Counted from the first letter of the stretch, positions 20,051 to 30,309 are shown. The stretch: DNA of 44,914 bases from Candidatus Bathyarchaeia archaeon (GCA_049517415.1 JBEKSC010000023.1:1-44914), one strand, 5' to 3'. The notes: generated by a model not told the origin, from the sequence alone. Numbers and translations are program-made.

Positions 20051-20167
20051 TTGAGGAAGCTGTCGGAGGGGCCGCAACTAAAGCTCATCACAAGGGCACG
20101 AGAAGAACTCACTGCTTTCTTGTTCTTTGGAATGCGGGGCCGACTGGAGATGGTGATGAATGGGTAA
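20051..20167 (+). CDS. Candidate 38-aa leader ORF overlapping the metG start
   Basis: GGAGG (20041-45) 5 nt before TTG; MRKLSEGPQLKLITRAREELTAFLFFGMRGRLEMVMNG*. Confidence 0.3.
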   Translation: MRKLSEGPQLKLITRAREELTAFLFFGMRGRLEMVMNG

Positions 20168-21794
20168 ATGGATCATCAACTCTGCTTGGCCTTACGTAAA
20201 CTCCGTTCCCCACCTTGGAACATTCATCCACCTCCTCAGCGCGGACGTCTACACCAGATACCTCCGCCTCAAAGGCGAAGAGGTCATAGCGGTAACTGGC
20301 TCGGACGAGCATGGAACACCCATTGAAGTAGAAGCGGTAAGGAAAGGTGTCCCACCGAAGCAGCTGACGGATGAGATTCACAAGCAAATCTGCAACTTGC
20401 TAGATGTGTACAATATACGATTTGACAATTACACCAGGACCGAAAACCCCGTCCACATTCGGTATACCCAAGACCTCTACCGAAAAGTATACGCGAATGG
20501 TTATGTGTATACGGAAAACGTTAACCTACCTTATTGTGAAAAGGACCAAAGATTTCTCCCCGACCGCTTTGTTGAAGGCACGTGCCCCCACTGCGGCTAC
20601 GAACAAGCTAGGGGAGACCAATGCGAATCATGCGGCCGCGTACTCGACCCACTTGAATTAATCAGCCCAAGATGCGCTTTTTGCAGCTCAACGCCTACCG
20701 TTAAGTCGTCAACACACTGGTTCTTTGACCTCCCGAAGTTCCGGGATAAGCTCCTAACACTGGTCCAAGAAAACAAACAGCTCCCGGAGAACGCCCGCAA
20801 CTTCTCATTAAAATGGCTCGAAGAAGGACTCAAACCTCGAGCATTGACGAGAGACAACAAGTGGGGCATACCAGCACCATTTCCTGGAGCGGAAGGAAAA
20901 ACCATCTACGTCTGGTTGGAAGCCGTCCTGGGCTACGTTTCAGCATCCATAGAGTGGGCGGAAAAATCAGGAAAGCCCGATGCATGGAAGGAATTTTGGT
21001 TCGACAAGCAGACCAAGAACGTGCATTTCATCGGGAAGGACAACATACCCTTCCACGTAATCATTTTCCCAAGCCTCCTCCTAGCCACGCATGATGATTA
21101 TGTGCTGCCATGGCAAGTCTCTTCAACCGAATTCATCTTGTTTGAGGGGCAGAAATTCTCGAAGAGCAAGAAGGTCGGAGTCTGGATTGATGAAGCATTG
21201 AAAGTTGCCCCGGCCGAGTATTGGCGCTACATACTCATTGCCATACGACCCGAAGCCCGAGACGCAAACTTCACGTGGCGTGACTTTGAAGCACATATCA
21301 ACAGCGAACTGAACGATGTACTCGGCAACTTCGTTCACCGCACCCTCACATTCGTCAACAACCAGTTCGATTCAAAAATCCCCGAACCGCACGAGCTGGA
21401 CGAGAAGGATGAGGCTTTGAAGAGTCGAATAGAGTCATCACCGTTGAAGGTGGGAGCACTGTTTGACCAGTTCCAGTTGAGAAGTGCCCTAGGAGAAATC
21501 ATTGAACTAGCCCGGGCAGGCAATCAATATCTTAGTGAACGGGAACCCTGGCACCTCATAAAGAAGGACAAAGACAAGGCGTCTACAACACTTTACTTCG
21601 CCACACAACTCGTGAGATCGCTTAGCATCCTAATTTCACCAGTCCTTCCGGAAACGGCTCAGCACATACGCGATCAACTCAATTTGGCCCAAGAAGTGAA
21701 ATGGTCGGACGCGGGAAAACTCGAGTTGGAAGTCGGCCATACCATAGGGAAAGCCACACCGCTCTTTCACAAGATTTCAGCTCCAGCCCAGTAA
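20160..21794 (+). CDS. metG: Methionyl-tRNA synthetase (short form without the C-terminal tRNA-binding appendix)
   Basis: PYVNSVPHLG (HIGH-like), GSDEHG, Zn knuckles, GKDN, KFSKS. Confidence 0.97.
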   Translation: MGKWIINSAWPYVNSVPHLGTFIHLLSADVYTRYLRLKGEEVIAVTGSDEHGTPIEVEAVRKGVPPKQLTDEIHKQICNLLDVYNIRFDNYTRTENPVHIRYTQDLYRKVYANGYVYTENVNLPYCEKDQRFLPDRFVEGTCPHCGYEQARGDQCESCGRVLDPLELISPRCAFCSSTPTVKSSTHWFFDLPKFRDKLLTLVQENKQLPENARNFSLKWLEEGLKPRALTRDNKWGIPAPFPGAEGKTIYVWLEAVLGYVSASIEWAEKSGKPDAWKEFWFDKQTKNVHFIGKDNIPFHVIIFPSLLLATHDDYVLPWQVSSTEFILFEGQKFSKSKKVGVWIDEALKVAPAEYWRYILIAIRPEARDANFTWRDFEAHINSELNDVLGNFVHRTLTFVNNQFDSKIPEPHELDEKDEALKSRIESSPLKVGALFDQFQLRSALGEIIELARAGNQYLSEREPWHLIKKDKDKASTTLYFATQLVRSLSILISPVLPETAQHIRDQLNLAQEVKWSDAGKLELEVGHTIGKATPLFHKISAPAQ

Positions 21795-21809
21795 TGGTGA
21801 CCCTCAAAG

Positions 21810-22439
21810 ATGCCTTCACTCAAGTTCGATTTGCATGTCCACACGGTCGGCTCGTACGACGGCCACACAAAACGCGAAGACTTGCCCCAGATTATTAGGA
21901 GCAAAGGGCTAGATGGCGTAGCAATCACAGAGCATGATGTTTTCGACCCGCCAAAACTTCAGAACGCACTGCTCTTGCCGGCAATCGAGGTTTCTTCCCA
22001 GACGGGGCATGTCTTAGGTCTTGGTGTTCGTGAACTTATCCCCGCAGGACTTTCTGCGGATGAAACAATTCGTAAGATCCAAGATCAAGGTGGAGTAGCG
22101 ATAATTCCCCACCCGTACGACCCCGTCTGTGAATGCGTAAAGCTCGCCCGATTAAAGGTCAGGCCAGACGCTGTGGAGACAGTAAACGCTGACGCCCTGT
22201 CATTCTACATCTCAAAGTGGCTGGCGCATAAAGACGCGCACAGGTTCAACCTTCCAGAGGTCGGCGGTAGCGACTCCCACATCCCCCAAACAATCGGCGA
22301 CGCCTATACCGTCATCGACGCTGCTTCCAGCGACCTCAAGGATATCATCGGTGCCATTAAGTCTGGGAAGGTTCGCGCGGAAGGACGCCCCACATCCGTG
22401 AGAAACAAGTTACGTAAACTAAGCTACAAGTTCAAGTGA
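21810..22439 (+). CDS. PHP-domain metal-dependent phosphoesterase
   Basis: DLHVHT, ITEHD, IPHPY, GGSDSH. Confidence 0.92.
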   Translation: MPSLKFDLHVHTVGSYDGHTKREDLPQIIRSKGLDGVAITEHDVFDPPKLQNALLLPAIEVSSQTGHVLGLGVRELIPAGLSADETIRKIQDQGGVAIIPHPYDPVCECVKLARLKVRPDAVETVNADALSFYISKWLAHKDAHRFNLPEVGGSDSHIPQTIGDAYTVIDAASSDLKDIIGAIKSGKVRAEGRPTSVRNKLRKLSYKFK

Positions 22440-22440
22440 G

Positions 22441-22757
22441 CTTAGGTTCGATCTGGTCGAGACCTAGGTTTAGGTTAAGATGTTCCTGATGCGCGGATTC
22501 CGACTCCATTTCGAACAAGTCGAAGCAACGGAGCAGGTCCCGGAGGGAAAAAACTAGAGTCACCGCATCACCTGAGGTTGCTGAAACATTTCTCATGGAG
22601 ACCCGTCGCATCATATTTGGTAGGGGGTCTCATCGGTGGGGCGTTTTGACCATCATGAAGGTTAGCCGAGGAGTCTAAATCACGTTTAGGCCTCGATATT
22701 TCTCCAAGAATCAGGAAAGATTTCCTGTCCGAACATCAGAGTTTGCACTAAGTGTGC
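22441..22757. other. Hairpin-rich intergenic region between convergent genes; possible ncRNA
   Basis: About six predicted stems found by eye; no recognisable family motif. Confidence 0.3.
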
Positions 22758-22800
22758 CTAGTTTTAGCTACATGAGATTGGCCCTATTTACGGAAAAGAT

Positions 22801-23085
22801 TCAGCCCCCGCCGACGGGGGGTATAATTGCGATGGTGCTACCGTCCCTTAACAGTGTGGCGAATCCATCAATTTGGGAGATTGACTTCTCGTTTAGGAGG
22901 AATTGGAGGTATTCCCGCGGGTTTCCCGTGCCATCGAGAAGGTATTCTTTCAGTTTGTTCCCATACTTTGCGGTCAAGAGGTCGAGGAGGTTTCGCACGT
23001 TCGCCCCAGCTGGAATGTCGACCGTCTCTTCACGTAGGTTAACTAATTCTCGAACTGAAGCAAAGTATTGAATTTTCACTTTCAA
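22801..23085 (-). CDS. MoaD/ThiS/SAMP ubiquitin-like protein
   Basis: VKIQYFASVRE...IAIIPPVGGG. Confidence 0.92.
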   Translation of the reverse strand: MKVKIQYFASVRELVNLREETVDIPAGANVRNLLDLLTAKYGNKLKEYLLDGTGNPREYLQFLLNEKSISQIDGFATLLRDGSTIAIIPPVGGG

Positions 23086-23118
23086 GGGTTCTCACATAAT
23101 CGAGCTTTGGTTCGGGAG

Positions 23119-24636
23119 TTACTTGCGTTCGGATATGTTCTTCTTCCATGTCAATTGCATCGACTTTGGCCTGTTGGCCTTGGCTTCGTCGATTCTTGTC
23201 ACACTCGCTGCATGGGGACTTGTTGCAGGTTGGTCGGAATTTGAGTAGGCTTCCTCGCTAATCTTCGCGAAGGCGTCGATCATTGCGTCAAGTTCCCCTT
23301 TGGCTACGGTTTCAGTTGGCTCAGCCATCATGGCTTCTTCTATGATTAACGGGAAATAGACCGTTGGGGGGTGTACTCCAAAATCCAGCAACCTCTTTGC
23401 TACTTGAAGTGCCGTGACGCCCGTTTCCTTAGCGAGGGTTGACGCGGACAGGACGAATTCATGTTTTCTAGGAACCCCTTCTCCATACGGGAGCGAGAAA
23501 CCTTTGATTTTTCGAAGTTTTTCTGCCATGTAATTGGAGTTGAGAACAGCAATCTCCGACGCTGTCTCTAGGCCTCCTTTTCCATGGAGAAGAATGTAGG
23601 TGTAAGCACGAAGGACTACAGCAGCGCTGCCTTGAAACGCTCTAACCTTTCCGATACTTTTCGGCTTGTTGTAGTCAAGGTAGTACTTCTCTCCGTCAAA
23701 TTCGACCGTCGGTACGGGCAAGTAGTCCTCGAGGCGACTCGTGACTCCAACTGGTGCGGCGCCTGGTCCGCCTCCCCCGTGCGGTGTTGCGAAGGTTTTG
23801 TGCAGGTTGATGTGAACAATATCGAAGCCCATGTCGCCTGGTTTAGCTTTCCCCATGATCGCGTTGAGGTTTGCGCCGTCGTAGTAGAGCAGCCCACCGG
23901 AATCATGAACTATGCCCGCGATTTCGAGGATCTTCCGCTCGAAAATACCGAGCGTGTTTGGGTTTGTCACCATTAGGCCAGCCGTCTTTGGTCCGACGGC
24001 GCTTTTCAGCGCCTCCGTATCCACGCAGCCCTCTGAATCTGACGGGACCTCAACCACTTTGTAACCAGCCATTGCTGCGCTGGCAGGGTTCGTACCATGG
24101 GCTGAATCAGGGACGATGATCTCATCTCGCTTTGTGTCAGCCTTGTCGCGGTGGTATGCTCGCATCAGCATGACGCCCGTGTATTCTCCGTGCGCTCCGG
24201 CCGCTGGTTGCAACGTTATCTTCTTCATGCCAACAATGTTCGCGAGAAAGTTCGCAGCCTCATAGAGAATTTGAAGAATGCCTTGTACGGTCCTCAGGTC
24301 TTGGTATGGGTGTAATTCCTGGATTTTATGTGAAGCAGCTATGAGATCACAAAGTTTCGGGTTGTATTTCATTGTACAGCTTCCGAGCGGATAGAGGCCG
24401 AGGTCGACGCCGAAGTTCTCTTGCGAGAGTCGAGTGAAGTGGCGAACTACTTCAATCTCCGAGACTTCAGGCAACAACATTGGTGTAACGCGCCGAAGCT
24501 TCAGGGGGACACTTTCTAGGGCAGCATCGCGCTCCTCACTAGAGGAGAGCGTATGGAAGCCGACTTTTCCTGGTTGGGACAATTCGATGATGGGCGGTTC
24601 GTCCCATTTCGCTTGAGCATAACCCATTAGTCTCAA
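23119..24636 (-). CDS. gcvPB: Glycine dehydrogenase subunit 2
   Basis: YPLGSCTMKYNP, QPAAGAHGE, HGTNPASA, NLHKTFATPHGGGGPG. Confidence 0.97.
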   Translation of the reverse strand: MRLMGYAQAKWDEPPIIELSQPGKVGFHTLSSSEERDAALESVPLKLRRVTPMLLPEVSEIEVVRHFTRLSQENFGVDLGLYPLGSCTMKYNPKLCDLIAASHKIQELHPYQDLRTVQGILQILYEAANFLANIVGMKKITLQPAAGAHGEYTGVMLMRAYHRDKADTKRDEIIVPDSAHGTNPASAAMAGYKVVEVPSDSEGCVDTEALKSAVGPKTAGLMVTNPNTLGIFERKILEIAGIVHDSGGLLYYDGANLNAIMGKAKPGDMGFDIVHINLHKTFATPHGGGGPGAAPVGVTSRLEDYLPVPTVEFDGEKYYLDYNKPKSIGKVRAFQGSAAVVLRAYTYILLHGKGGLETASEIAVLNSNYMAEKLRKIKGFSLPYGEGVPRKHEFVLSASTLAKETGVTALQVAKRLLDFGVHPPTVYFPLIIEEAMMAEPTETVAKGELDAMIDAFAKISEEAYSNSDQPATSPHAASVTRIDEAKANRPKSMQLTWKKNISERK

Positions 24637-26021
24637 GCCCCCACGGTCTGCCGAAGCTTGTCAGCAAGCATCTCGATGTCTCTGTGCGCATGAACTTCCG
24701 TGAAGCAATAAAGTGCTGTTTGGCCTAATTCTGGAAAATAGGCGCTCACGTCTAGGCCGCCTTGGATCCCTGCTTTCAACAATGCCTCATTTACCTCGGC
24801 CACTTTCTTCCCACAGTCGTCGAAGTTTACCGTGAACTCCATATAGTGGAATGCCTCAAAAGCCGGGGCTGACACACCTCGGACTCTTCGTAACTGTTCA
24901 ATTGCGTACGAGGTCCTATCCAAGATTGTCGAGCAAAGCTCCTTCAATCCCTTCGGGCCTTGAAGGGCGAGGTACATTGCAGCCGCTAACGCCAAGAGAG
25001 CCTCATTTGTGCAAATGTTCGATGTGGCCTTCTCTCGACGAATGTGTTGCTCACGCGTTTGTAACGCCATGCAGTAGGCATCCTGCTTACCATCTTGTGT
25101 TGTTGTTTTTCCGATAATTCGGCCTGGCATCTGCCTGAGGAGCGCATCGCCTTTGCACGCAAAAATGCCTAGTAGGGGCCCGCCGTAGTTCATATGGTTC
25201 CCAAGCGGCTGCCCTTCACCGACAACTATGTCCGCACCCATCTCTCCGGGCGCTTTCAAAACGCCCAGCGAGATAGGTTCGCATCCAGTAAGAAAGAGAG
25301 CCCCGCTGCTGTGGGCCAGTTGAGCTATTTCTTCGCACGACTGTTCAACGAAACCAAGAAACGACGGGTATTCCAAGTAAACACCGGCGGTGCCGGTCGA
25401 CAACTTCCTCTTCAGGTCGGTAAGGTCAACGGCCCCTGTCCCTCTATCTTGTGCAACCTCAACGACCTTGATGTCTACAGGTTCACAAAATGTTCTCAGA
25501 GTTGAAAGGCGTTCAGGGTGAATGAAATGTGGTACAATGAACTCGTCACGGTGGGTTACTCGCGAAGCCATCCTGGCTGCCTCTCCCAACGCAGTCGACC
25601 AGTCGTAAAGCGAACTGTTCGAGTAGTCCATTGCGGTTAGCTCGCAAATCATACTTTGATATTCGAACATAGCTTGTAGCATTCCTTGCGAGATTTCGGG
25701 TTGATATGGTGTGTAGGAGGTTAGGAATTCGCCCCTGCTGATCACCGCGTCCACCGCTGCTGGAACATGGTGCGGCCAGATACCTCCCCCGAGAAATGAT
25801 AACACGTCTCGTGTTGAGAGATTCTTGTTCAGAAGCCCTTCGACATGACTCCTAGCCTCCATCTCCGAAAACTTCGATGGAATCGCTAGGGATGCTTTCG
25901 TTCGTATCGCAGGTGGGATGTCCTTGTATAGGTCCTCAATTGTCGGAGCGCCAATCTCCTTGAGCATCTGTCGCGTAATCGACTCCTCAGCATTCGGGAT
26001 GTAGGGATGAACTCTCGACAA
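24633..26021 (-). CDS. gcvPA: Glycine dehydrogenase subunit 1
   Basis: YTPYQPEISQG, LQTREQHIRREKATSNICTN. Confidence 0.97.
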   Translation of the reverse strand: MSRVHPYIPNAEESITRQMLKEIGAPTIEDLYKDIPPAIRTKASLAIPSKFSEMEARSHVEGLLNKNLSTRDVLSFLGGGIWPHHVPAAVDAVISRGEFLTSYTPYQPEISQGMLQAMFEYQSMICELTAMDYSNSSLYDWSTALGEAARMASRVTHRDEFIVPHFIHPERLSTLRTFCEPVDIKVVEVAQDRGTGAVDLTDLKRKLSTGTAGVYLEYPSFLGFVEQSCEEIAQLAHSSGALFLTGCEPISLGVLKAPGEMGADIVVGEGQPLGNHMNYGGPLLGIFACKGDALLRQMPGRIIGKTTTQDGKQDAYCMALQTREQHIRREKATSNICTNEALLALAAAMYLALQGPKGLKELCSTILDRTSYAIEQLRRVRGVSAPAFEAFHYMEFTVNFDDCGKKVAEVNEALLKAGIQGGLDVSAYFPELGQTALYCFTEVHAHRDIEMLADKLRQTVGA

Positions 26022-26379
26022 AGTTGCCGTTTCCTCACGACGGCTTTTACCTGTTGTAGATATTATTCGGTTTTGGTCATCTGAGAAAATGGAAAATCAT
26101 TCATCATTCAGATTGATGCTACGAGGCTGCCTCCAGATCGGTGCTGGCCGTAGTGCTACTGCTAACCGTTGTCCAACTGCTGGCAAAAGGTTTACTACGA
26201 TTACGCCTTTAACAACGAATGCGGTTCAGACTAAAGGTTACGAGAAAGAAAGATTAGGGAGACGTCAAGACGCTTGCCTGTCATAAAGAAAACGCTCGTT
26301 GAGTCCCCTAGAGGGAACTAATGCTCGACAAAGGCAAACTCTTCTAGATGACACATGAGATGAATGTGTGGGATAACAT

Positions 26380-27147
26380 TTGGGTTTACGTGGGATTGAC
26401 CTCACAGCTGTTGTGGAAGAGAAGCGCCTCCTTGCCCCTGGGACACATGTTGGTCCCGGTGCTCGCATAATTGGAGCAGTGAAGACTGCTAGGGGCGCAT
26501 TCATCGATGCTAACGCGGTGCTTTACGGCCCTCTGGCGGTAGGTAAACACACGTATGTCGGACCGAACTGCGTCATCGGGTTCCCTGCTGCCGATGAGCT
26601 CAAAGAATTGACGCGCTCACACCGGATCAAGCGAAAGAAATCGACTAAGCTGGGCGACAACTGCACGTTAAGAGCCGGTACAATCCTGTACTCCAATGTT
26701 CGAGTTTCTGATGAAGTAGCATTCGGTCACAACGTGCTTGTAAGAGAAAATGTGACGATTGGCCCCCGAACAAAAATAGGAACGAATGTCGTAATTGATG
26801 GAAGCACACGCATAGGAGCGAAGGTTTCGATACAAACTGGGGTGTACATCTGCACATATTCGGTCGTCGAGGATGGAGTCTTCCTCGGCCCTTGTTGCGT
26901 CTTCGCAAACGACAAATATGTTGTCCAGAAACCGTTCAAACTTATCGGGCCTACGGTGAAGAAAGGCGCGAGCATTGGCGCGAACGCGCTACTGTTTCCT
27001 GGAGTGACGGTGGGAGAAGGAGCTGTTGTGGGCTCGCAGGCGATGGTGAATTCCGATGTTCCTGCCCGTACAATTTTCGTGGGTCTCCCAGCTAGGAAAT
27101 TGAGGGATGTACCCGACGATTGGCGGTCTTCACTTTTGCAAAGTTGA
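26380..27147 (+). CDS. Hexapeptide-repeat (left-handed beta-helix) acyltransferase
   Basis: Repeated IG/VG hexapeptides, FLGPCCVFANDKY, GASIGANA, VGLPAR. Confidence 0.88.
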   Translation: MGLRGIDLTAVVEEKRLLAPGTHVGPGARIIGAVKTARGAFIDANAVLYGPLAVGKHTYVGPNCVIGFPAADELKELTRSHRIKRKKSTKLGDNCTLRAGTILYSNVRVSDEVAFGHNVLVRENVTIGPRTKIGTNVVIDGSTRIGAKVSIQTGVYICTYSVVEDGVFLGPCCVFANDKYVVQKPFKLIGPTVKKGASIGANALLFPGVTVGEGAVVGSQAMVNSDVPARTIFVGLPARKLRDVPDDWRSSLLQS

Positions 27148-27246
27148 ATCAATCCGCACTCAACAGAACGAATAAATATTGAACGCCGCATTCACGGGGC
27201 GCCACTCGTATGCGCATAACCCGATGAAAGCGGAGCTAAGCTGAGG

Positions 27247-28974
27247 TTGAAGATAAAATTCGCACTGGTTATCACAATCTTGGTTCTTGCTCTTGCGGTG
27301 GCCACACCCCTCCAATCAGCGAAGGCACAGACCAACCAGACCAATCTAGACATACACATCGTAAGAATAGTGGCAGTTGGAATCTGGGGAGTCACACATG
27401 TAACCGACATTTTCACCATTCATAACATTGGAACGGCCGCAGCATCCTCTCTTGATTTCGGGTTTTCACGCTTGTACCGAAACAACGTGTACTACGCCAG
27501 AGCAAAAGATAGCAAAGGAAAAGAGTTACTCCTGGACGCAGACGTAGGCCAGGGCACTGAAATCTACTGGATGCGGGCCCACTTCGCCCAAGAGTTGAGT
27601 CCTAACCAGACTTACGTTTTCACAGTACTATCGGTACTGAACGGTGTGTTGACTCATGCCCCCGGAGGTTACGAGTATAATTTCACCGCAGCCCCTATCC
27701 TTACTCAAGACGCTACTTACGCTAATGTGACGTTTATTGGGGCACCAGGATCCACATTCGTACTTCCCAGCCCGAGCCCATATCAGTCGTTCACTTATGA
27801 AGGCCAACCTGCCCTCTTCAAGCAATTCAAGCCTTGGAAGGCCAACTCCAATGACACCTTTTACGCGCCCTACAGAACCGTAGGAGAGTACATCGTCGAC
27901 CTCTCATCCGTCGAGCGCGATATCAATGTGGGAAACACTGGCGTCCTAAGCATAACGGACACCTACAACCTTCACAACATCGGCATAGAAATTACATCAA
28001 TCACCATTTCGCTCCCAGAAGGCGCATCGAATGTTATGGCCTACGATGTTGTGGGTGCAATGTGGGCTAACCCAGAAAACCCATCCCCACCATACCAAAT
28101 CACAATCTCGCCAAGGTACTCATCGGGCATTGGATCCGGTCAGAACTTTACGTTCACGTTGACCTACAATCTCCCGCAGTCACAGTACCTCAAACAACTG
28201 AAGTGGTGGGGAACGTACAACCTAACCATCGGCCTTCTCAACAACGCGGACGACTTCCTTTTCGATAGGGCAACTGTCAAACTGATAACGCCGAGCGGAG
28301 TGACCGTTACTGACGTTAAGACTCCTACTCAATCATCCGTGGCAAATCCAATTCAGTACGACCCAACAGGTCGGGCTTTTGCACTCCAAGGTGTCACCAA
28401 CCAGAACAACGTAACTGTTGGACTGACGCTGAACTATTTGCCCTTCTGGTCAGCGTACGCAGCGTTACCTTGGATTTTTGGCCTCGAACTTGTGATCGCA
28501 GCATTTGCCCTAGCCGTCGTGGTCAGACGAGGCCCAGAGCTCGCGGTACCGGTTCCTGTTGAGAAGCTTAGAGAATTCGTCGGCCTATATGACGAAAGGC
28601 TCGCACTGTCAAGGGAACTCGTTGTAATGGAAGAAGAAGTGGCTAGAGGCGGCCTGGTGAAGCATGAGTTTAGAAGACGGACGAAAGTCATGGAACTCAG
28701 GCTGGACGAGATTAACAAGTCGCTTATGGAAGTTAAAGCTGAGCTGCGTGGCGTGACCCCACGCTATGACGAGCTGATCCGTAGAATTGATAGAGCAGAA
28801 GCCGAGATACACGTATCACGGGCCAGCCTTAGCCAGGTAAGGTCCCAGTACAGATCGGGCAAAACGACTCGTGAAACCTACGACGCCATGCTTAATGATA
28901 TCACGAGACGTATCGACCGTGCAGAAGAAACTGTAGAGACGATCCTGATTACTTTACGAGAAGACGCAAGGTAA
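27247..28974 (+). CDS. Ribophorin I (OST1/RPN1)-like membrane protein
   Basis: Signal peptide, two beta-rich repeats with RPN1-like motifs (VERDINV...TDTYNLHN; LPEGA..V.AYDVVG; PRY...FTLTYNLP..QYL), one TM, helical cytoplasmic tail. Confidence 0.7.
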   Translation: MKIKFALVITILVLALAVATPLQSAKAQTNQTNLDIHIVRIVAVGIWGVTHVTDIFTIHNIGTAAASSLDFGFSRLYRNNVYYARAKDSKGKELLLDADVGQGTEIYWMRAHFAQELSPNQTYVFTVLSVLNGVLTHAPGGYEYNFTAAPILTQDATYANVTFIGAPGSTFVLPSPSPYQSFTYEGQPALFKQFKPWKANSNDTFYAPYRTVGEYIVDLSSVERDINVGNTGVLSITDTYNLHNIGIEITSITISLPEGASNVMAYDVVGAMWANPENPSPPYQITISPRYSSGIGSGQNFTFTLTYNLPQSQYLKQLKWWGTYNLTIGLLNNADDFLFDRATVKLITPSGVTVTDVKTPTQSSVANPIQYDPTGRAFALQGVTNQNNVTVGLTLNYLPFWSAYAALPWIFGLELVIAAFALAVVVRRGPELAVPVPVEKLREFVGLYDERLALSRELVVMEEEVARGGLVKHEFRRRTKVMELRLDEINKSLMEVKAELRGVTPRYDELIRRIDRAEAEIHVSRASLSQVRSQYRSGKTTRETYDAMLNDITRRIDRAEETVETILITLREDAR

Positions 28975-29048
28975 AACGCGGAAGCTATTAGAATCCGCCC
29001 ACAACCTCTACGCCGTTTCAGCTTGAAGGCGAAGCCCTAGTGTGATTA

Positions 29049-30299
29049 ATGACCGATCAAATCCCAGTCTCAAAATTGCAAGAATGGCTGCGGAAATCCC
29101 TCGCATCCAGCCTCTCCCAAGCAGAACGTGAGCGCGACAAGCTGATGGCTGAGATAAAACGTGGATTGGATTCGATTACTGAATTCTGCAGTCAACTTTC
29201 ACGTAAGGCAGAACAGGACATGGAAACAAAGCGCGACAATAGAGCGGAGTATAGGGCAGCAAAAGCAGTGGCACGGTTGACGACCATAATCCCAGACATG
29301 TGCAAGGAGTTTAGTGTCCCTACAGAGAACGACTCTGCGAGCTTAAGAAACCTGCAACGCGAGACTTCGAAGCTCGCATCCGAGGCGGCACGAACTAGAG
29401 AGACCTGGCTTCGGCAGATTAGGCCTTACCATATTATCGACATGATGACGCTGGGCGGCAACATTGACAAGCTACGTAGGCTAGGCGACGAGCTCCACAA
29501 TTTCCTGATAGGGCGCGGGGCCTTGCTGCGTTCGCTGGAGGAGTTGAATGAGAAACTTGAGTCGCTAACAAAGTTGCAGGCCTTAAGAGATTCAGCAGCC
29601 CAGCAGAGACGGTCATTGGAAGAGAAACTTAGCGAAACGGAACGTGTCAACAACTCGTTGAAGAGTGAAGTCGCGGAAATCCGCCAGAACCCGAAAATCA
29701 AGGAGTACATGAAAATTAATGTCGAATTGAGGGCCTTGAGAAGCGAATTAATACGGACCGGGTTCAGCAGGCTCGGTAGGCCCTTCAAAAAGCTCGTCTC
29801 GATTTCAGAACGCGGGGACTACGCACTTCCAATTGAAGTAAGGGAAAGTGCAAAGGAGTACACGAAGAAGCCATTCGCCACTTTCCTCTCTGAAGAAAGC
29901 GGCTATCCTCGGCTGAAGGCAGTTATGTCTGCTCTGTCTGGGGCTGTTTCAAGCGGAAAACTGGCTCTCAAGCAACGGGAAGCTAAGAAAGTAATTGAGC
30001 GAACTGACCAGGTTGTTTCCGGTAATTCGTTGTCAAAGGTGCATGAATTGTCGAGAGATCGCAAGCGCACCTACGATGGGTTCTTGGCCGATAAGGAAAC
30101 AGCTGCCCTGGTGCAACAACTTAGGGAACTTCGCCTTAAGGGCCGAGCAAACCGCACTGCCCATGATGAAATCAAAGCTGACCTACAACGCGCAATTGGG
30201 AACGAAAAGCGCCTTGACGAACAAATTAGTTCTCTGTTAGCAGAAATCGAATCCTTCTCACGCAAGCTCTCTCGCGCGGACTTGAAAGTAGAACTATAG
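29049..30299 (+). CDS. Coiled-coil hypothetical protein
   Basis: 416-aa helical, heptad-rich ORF. Confidence 0.8.
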   Translation: MTDQIPVSKLQEWLRKSLASSLSQAERERDKLMAEIKRGLDSITEFCSQLSRKAEQDMETKRDNRAEYRAAKAVARLTTIIPDMCKEFSVPTENDSASLRNLQRETSKLASEAARTRETWLRQIRPYHIIDMMTLGGNIDKLRRLGDELHNFLIGRGALLRSLEELNEKLESLTKLQALRDSAAQQRRSLEEKLSETERVNNSLKSEVAEIRQNPKIKEYMKINVELRALRSELIRTGFSRLGRPFKKLVSISERGDYALPIEVRESAKEYTKKPFATFLSEESGYPRLKAVMSALSGAVSSGKLALKQREAKKVIERTDQVVSGNSLSKVHELSRDRKRTYDGFLADKETAALVQQLRELRLKGRANRTAHDEIKADLQRAIGNEKRLDEQISSLLAEIESFSRKLSRADLKVEL

Positions 30300-30309
30300 A
30301 GATCACTTA

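Noticed and set aside
20192..22417. Extra TTACGTAA octamers at 20192 and 22410 as element boundaries
   Set aside because: No adjacent GGTAACG or CGGTTG boxes; both lie inside intact genes.
22441..22757. SRP RNA, RNase P RNA, tRNA or C/D sRNA
   Set aside because: GCAGGTCCCGGAGGGAA only loosely resembles SRP helix 8 and lacks AGCA. There is no GAGGAAAGUCC, no cloverleaf, and the C/D-like boxes are poorly spaced.
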